Shown here piece by piece: positions 48,570 to 51,279 of a stretch of DNA of 51,279 nt (its first letter is position 1; each line of letters begins with the position of its first letter). Where the stretch lies: the NCBI RefSeq assembly GCF_038025025.1, contig NW_027117348.1, positions 1,612,001-1,663,279 on the forward strand. Direction: 5' to 3'. The stretch comes from Phyllosticta citribraziliensis. Its lineage: Eukaryota. A model generated the notes under the pieces. That model ran no database searches, had not been told where the DNA came from, and saw only the letters and a program-made list of their open reading frames with translations. The position numbers and the translations under genes are program-made.

Positions 48570-51174
48570 CCGCAGCTCAAGATAGTCGTTGTATAAGCTA
48601 GGAAGGGATAGTTAACAACGCTATACTAACTTATCTAAGTACTAGAGATACTACTACTATCTAAAGCTACTTAAGATCCTTTAAAGTCTAGGCCGTACTT
48701 TAATATACTAGGTCGTTCTATTATTTATTAGCTTAAAAGAAATATAAAATTAATTTATAGCTAGATTACTATCTCTCTCTTTAATAATAGACCCTTACTT
48801 TTTAATTACTAACTTCTTCTATCTATTTAGGTATTAAATTACCTCTAGCTATAACTATATAATATTTAAAGATCTAGTTAGATAAAATATAATATTTATA
48901 TTTATATTATCTACTAAATTACTTTTTAGATTATATCTCTCTTAGTATTATCTAGTATTATCTACTATACTACTACTACTCTATCTACTATACTACTACT
49001 ACTATAACTCTTAAAATAAATTCTATTTAAAAAAAAATTAAAATCTTTCTAGATAAGAAATAGCCTATATATAAGTTATTAATTTAATCTAGAAGTAGAT
49101 TTAAAGTATAATAAATAGTTAAATTATTTAATTTCTTTTTTCTTCTCTTATTCTATTAGTAATTTTAATTAATTTTAATTAATTTTTTTTTAATTTTAAT
49201 ATACTTCTCTAGATATAATTAATCTTAATACTTCTAGCTAGTAGATATATATAAAAATAATAATATAAATTATTTTATATAAATAAGTATAAGATTTATA
49301 ATAGTATACTTTAAATAATTCTAATTAGATAATTACTAAGGCTACTTAATACTTAACTAATAGTTCTAGATATCTAGATATAGTACTTAATAAGTAGTAA
49401 TAAATAATAATCTTTAAAGATAGTTATATATATCTAGTAAAATACTACTAGCTAGTATAGTACTACTAGCTAGTATAGTTTTTATAGCTTTTAAGGGTTA
49501 CTTTTAGTAATTATTATTCTTATTTTTAGCTATATTTTTAGCTTAGATATAAGTAGAAGATTAGACTAGTAAGAAAATAAGACTATAAATAGCTTTAAAA
49601 TACTAGAAAAATATAGTTCTATATAGTTTAGTAGTAATAATAATAGTTAATAAAAGTATAAGTAAACTTAGTATCTTTAGTAGTAATAGGAGGTCTTATA
49701 TTATTAGTATTTTTAATAGTAGATTAGCTAGTTATATACCTCCTTTTATAGCTACTTATTAAGAGGGACTACTTATATAAATAAAGTCTTTTATATTTAG
49801 TTAAACTATTATCTACTAAATATTTAGTTATTTATTTATTTATACTTATTATTTATATCTAAATCTTATACTACTTAAATAATAAAATAATAGCTAGATA
49901 GTAGCCTATTTTAATTAGTTTAGTAGTTATTTTATTCTTATTTTATAGAGCCTACTTATTTATTACTAGTTACTATCTCTTATATCTCTTCTAGTACTAG
50001 TATTTTAGCTAGCTAAATAAGTATATTAGTAAGTAGCTAGTTCTATCTATACTAGTATAGTTTTTATAGTCTTTAAAGATTATTTTTAGTATTATTATTT
50101 CTATTTCTAATAGTAATTTTAGCTCTAATATAAGTAGAAGATTAGACTAGTAAGAAAATAAGACTATAAATAGCTTTAAAATACTAGAAAAATATAGTTC
50201 TATATAGTTTTATAGTAATAATAATAGCTAATAAAAGTATAGGTAAACTTAGTATCTTTAATAATAATAAGAAGTCTTATATTATTAGTATTTTTAGTAG
50301 TAGATTAGCTAGTTATATACTTTAACTATTAGTTCTAATTAATTATTATTTAGTAAGTAATTTATATTTAAATCCTATTTATACTATATATATATTTTTT
50401 ATTATTTTTTTTTCTTCTTTTTTATTTATTTATATATATAAAGAAATCTCTTAAGTAAAGAAAGAGAGAGAGGAGAAAAAAGTCTATAATATTAAATAAT
50501 AATAAAAAAAAACCCTTTTTAATTATTATTACTATTATTATTATAAAAAAAGACTAATTATAATAAATCTTACTCTTATAGCCTTTATTATTATAGTTAT
50601 AAGTAGTAGTAGTTAGTATATATAGCTTATAAAATATATACCTTACTATAAAAGATATCTTTTATAAAATAGATAATATATATACTATTAAAAAAGAATT
50701 CTAATTAGCCTAGTAGTATTTATATATACTAGTAGAATAGGCTACTAGGGCCTTAATATTATTTATATAAGTTATAATTTTTAGTAATAAGAGTAGATAA
50801 GTAGTATAGTAGAATAGTAGTATTATATAGTAAGTATAGCTTAAGTAGATAGTATAGCTACTACTATATATTAAGTACTTATAGATTATTAAGGCTAATA
50901 GTATTATAAACTTCTATAGCTATTAGAATAAAGAGATAGTATCTATTTTATATAATATAAATACTAGTAAGTAAAATAATAAATTAAAGTATATAGAGAT
51001 AATAGATACTTTACTAAATATATAGTTATATTAGATTAAACTATAAGAGTAGTTACTAATAGAAGTAAATAGTATAGCTATTATTAGTAGTAGTCTAATA
51101 GTATCTTTCTCTTTAATAAATAAGGACTATAGTAGTAGTAAGATAATAAATAGATATTATAATTATTATTATTA
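48570..51174. repeat. AT-rich, RIP-mutated subtelomeric repeat relic (element unidentifiable)
   Basis: Abrupt fall in GC, near absence of CpA/TpG, TpA excess, no ORFs; abuts the telomere. Confidence 0.9.
49470..50320. repeat. ~270-bp direct repeat, copies at ~49470-49739 and ~50052-50320
   Basis: Shared text such as tataagtagaagattagactagtaagaaaataagactataaatagctttaaaatactagaaaaatatagttctatatagttt; differences are mostly transitions. Confidence 0.9.
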
Positions 51175-51279
51175 TTAGGGTTAGGGTTAGGGTTAGGGTT
51201 AGGGTTAGGGTTAGGGTTAGGGTTAGGGTTAGGGTTAGGGTTAGGGTTAGGGTTAGGGTTAGGGTTAGGGTTAGGGTAG
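51175..51279 (+). repeat. Telomere, (TTAGGG)17 plus terminal TAG
   Basis: Perfect hexamer array at the sequence end with the G-rich strand running outward. Confidence 0.99.

Overview
This is the right-hand end of a chromosome from a filamentous ascomycete (Pezizomycotina). It has short spliceosomal introns, a RIP-mutated AT-rich subtelomere (~48.6-51.17 kb) and a terminal (TTAGGG)17 tract. The left half carries mostly conserved genes: an orphan repeat protein, YPI1, CRM1/exportin-1, an EFM6-type methyltransferase, sphingolipid delta-4 desaturase, a YCII-domain protein, SPF45, and a convergent pair of peroxisomal (PTS1 -AKL) genes, PCS60 and acyl-CoA oxidase. The right half is more accessory: a ~2,730-aa secreted Ser/Pro/Leu-repeat protein, an F-box protein, two membrane proteins, an OPT transporter, a GH43 enzyme and a Kex2-type repeat precursor next to the subtelomere. 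The most striking unexplained feature is the apparently non-coding gap between PCS60 and acyl-CoA oxidase. About 1.9 kb of it (18001-19884) shows a dozen strictly nested long-range helices with + strand G-U bias, suggesting a large structured ncRNA that lacks a telomerase template and has H/ACA-like geometry at its base. CRM1 also appears to use three GC-AG introns. Gene models and RNA pairings were worked out by eye; no database searches or folding programs were run.
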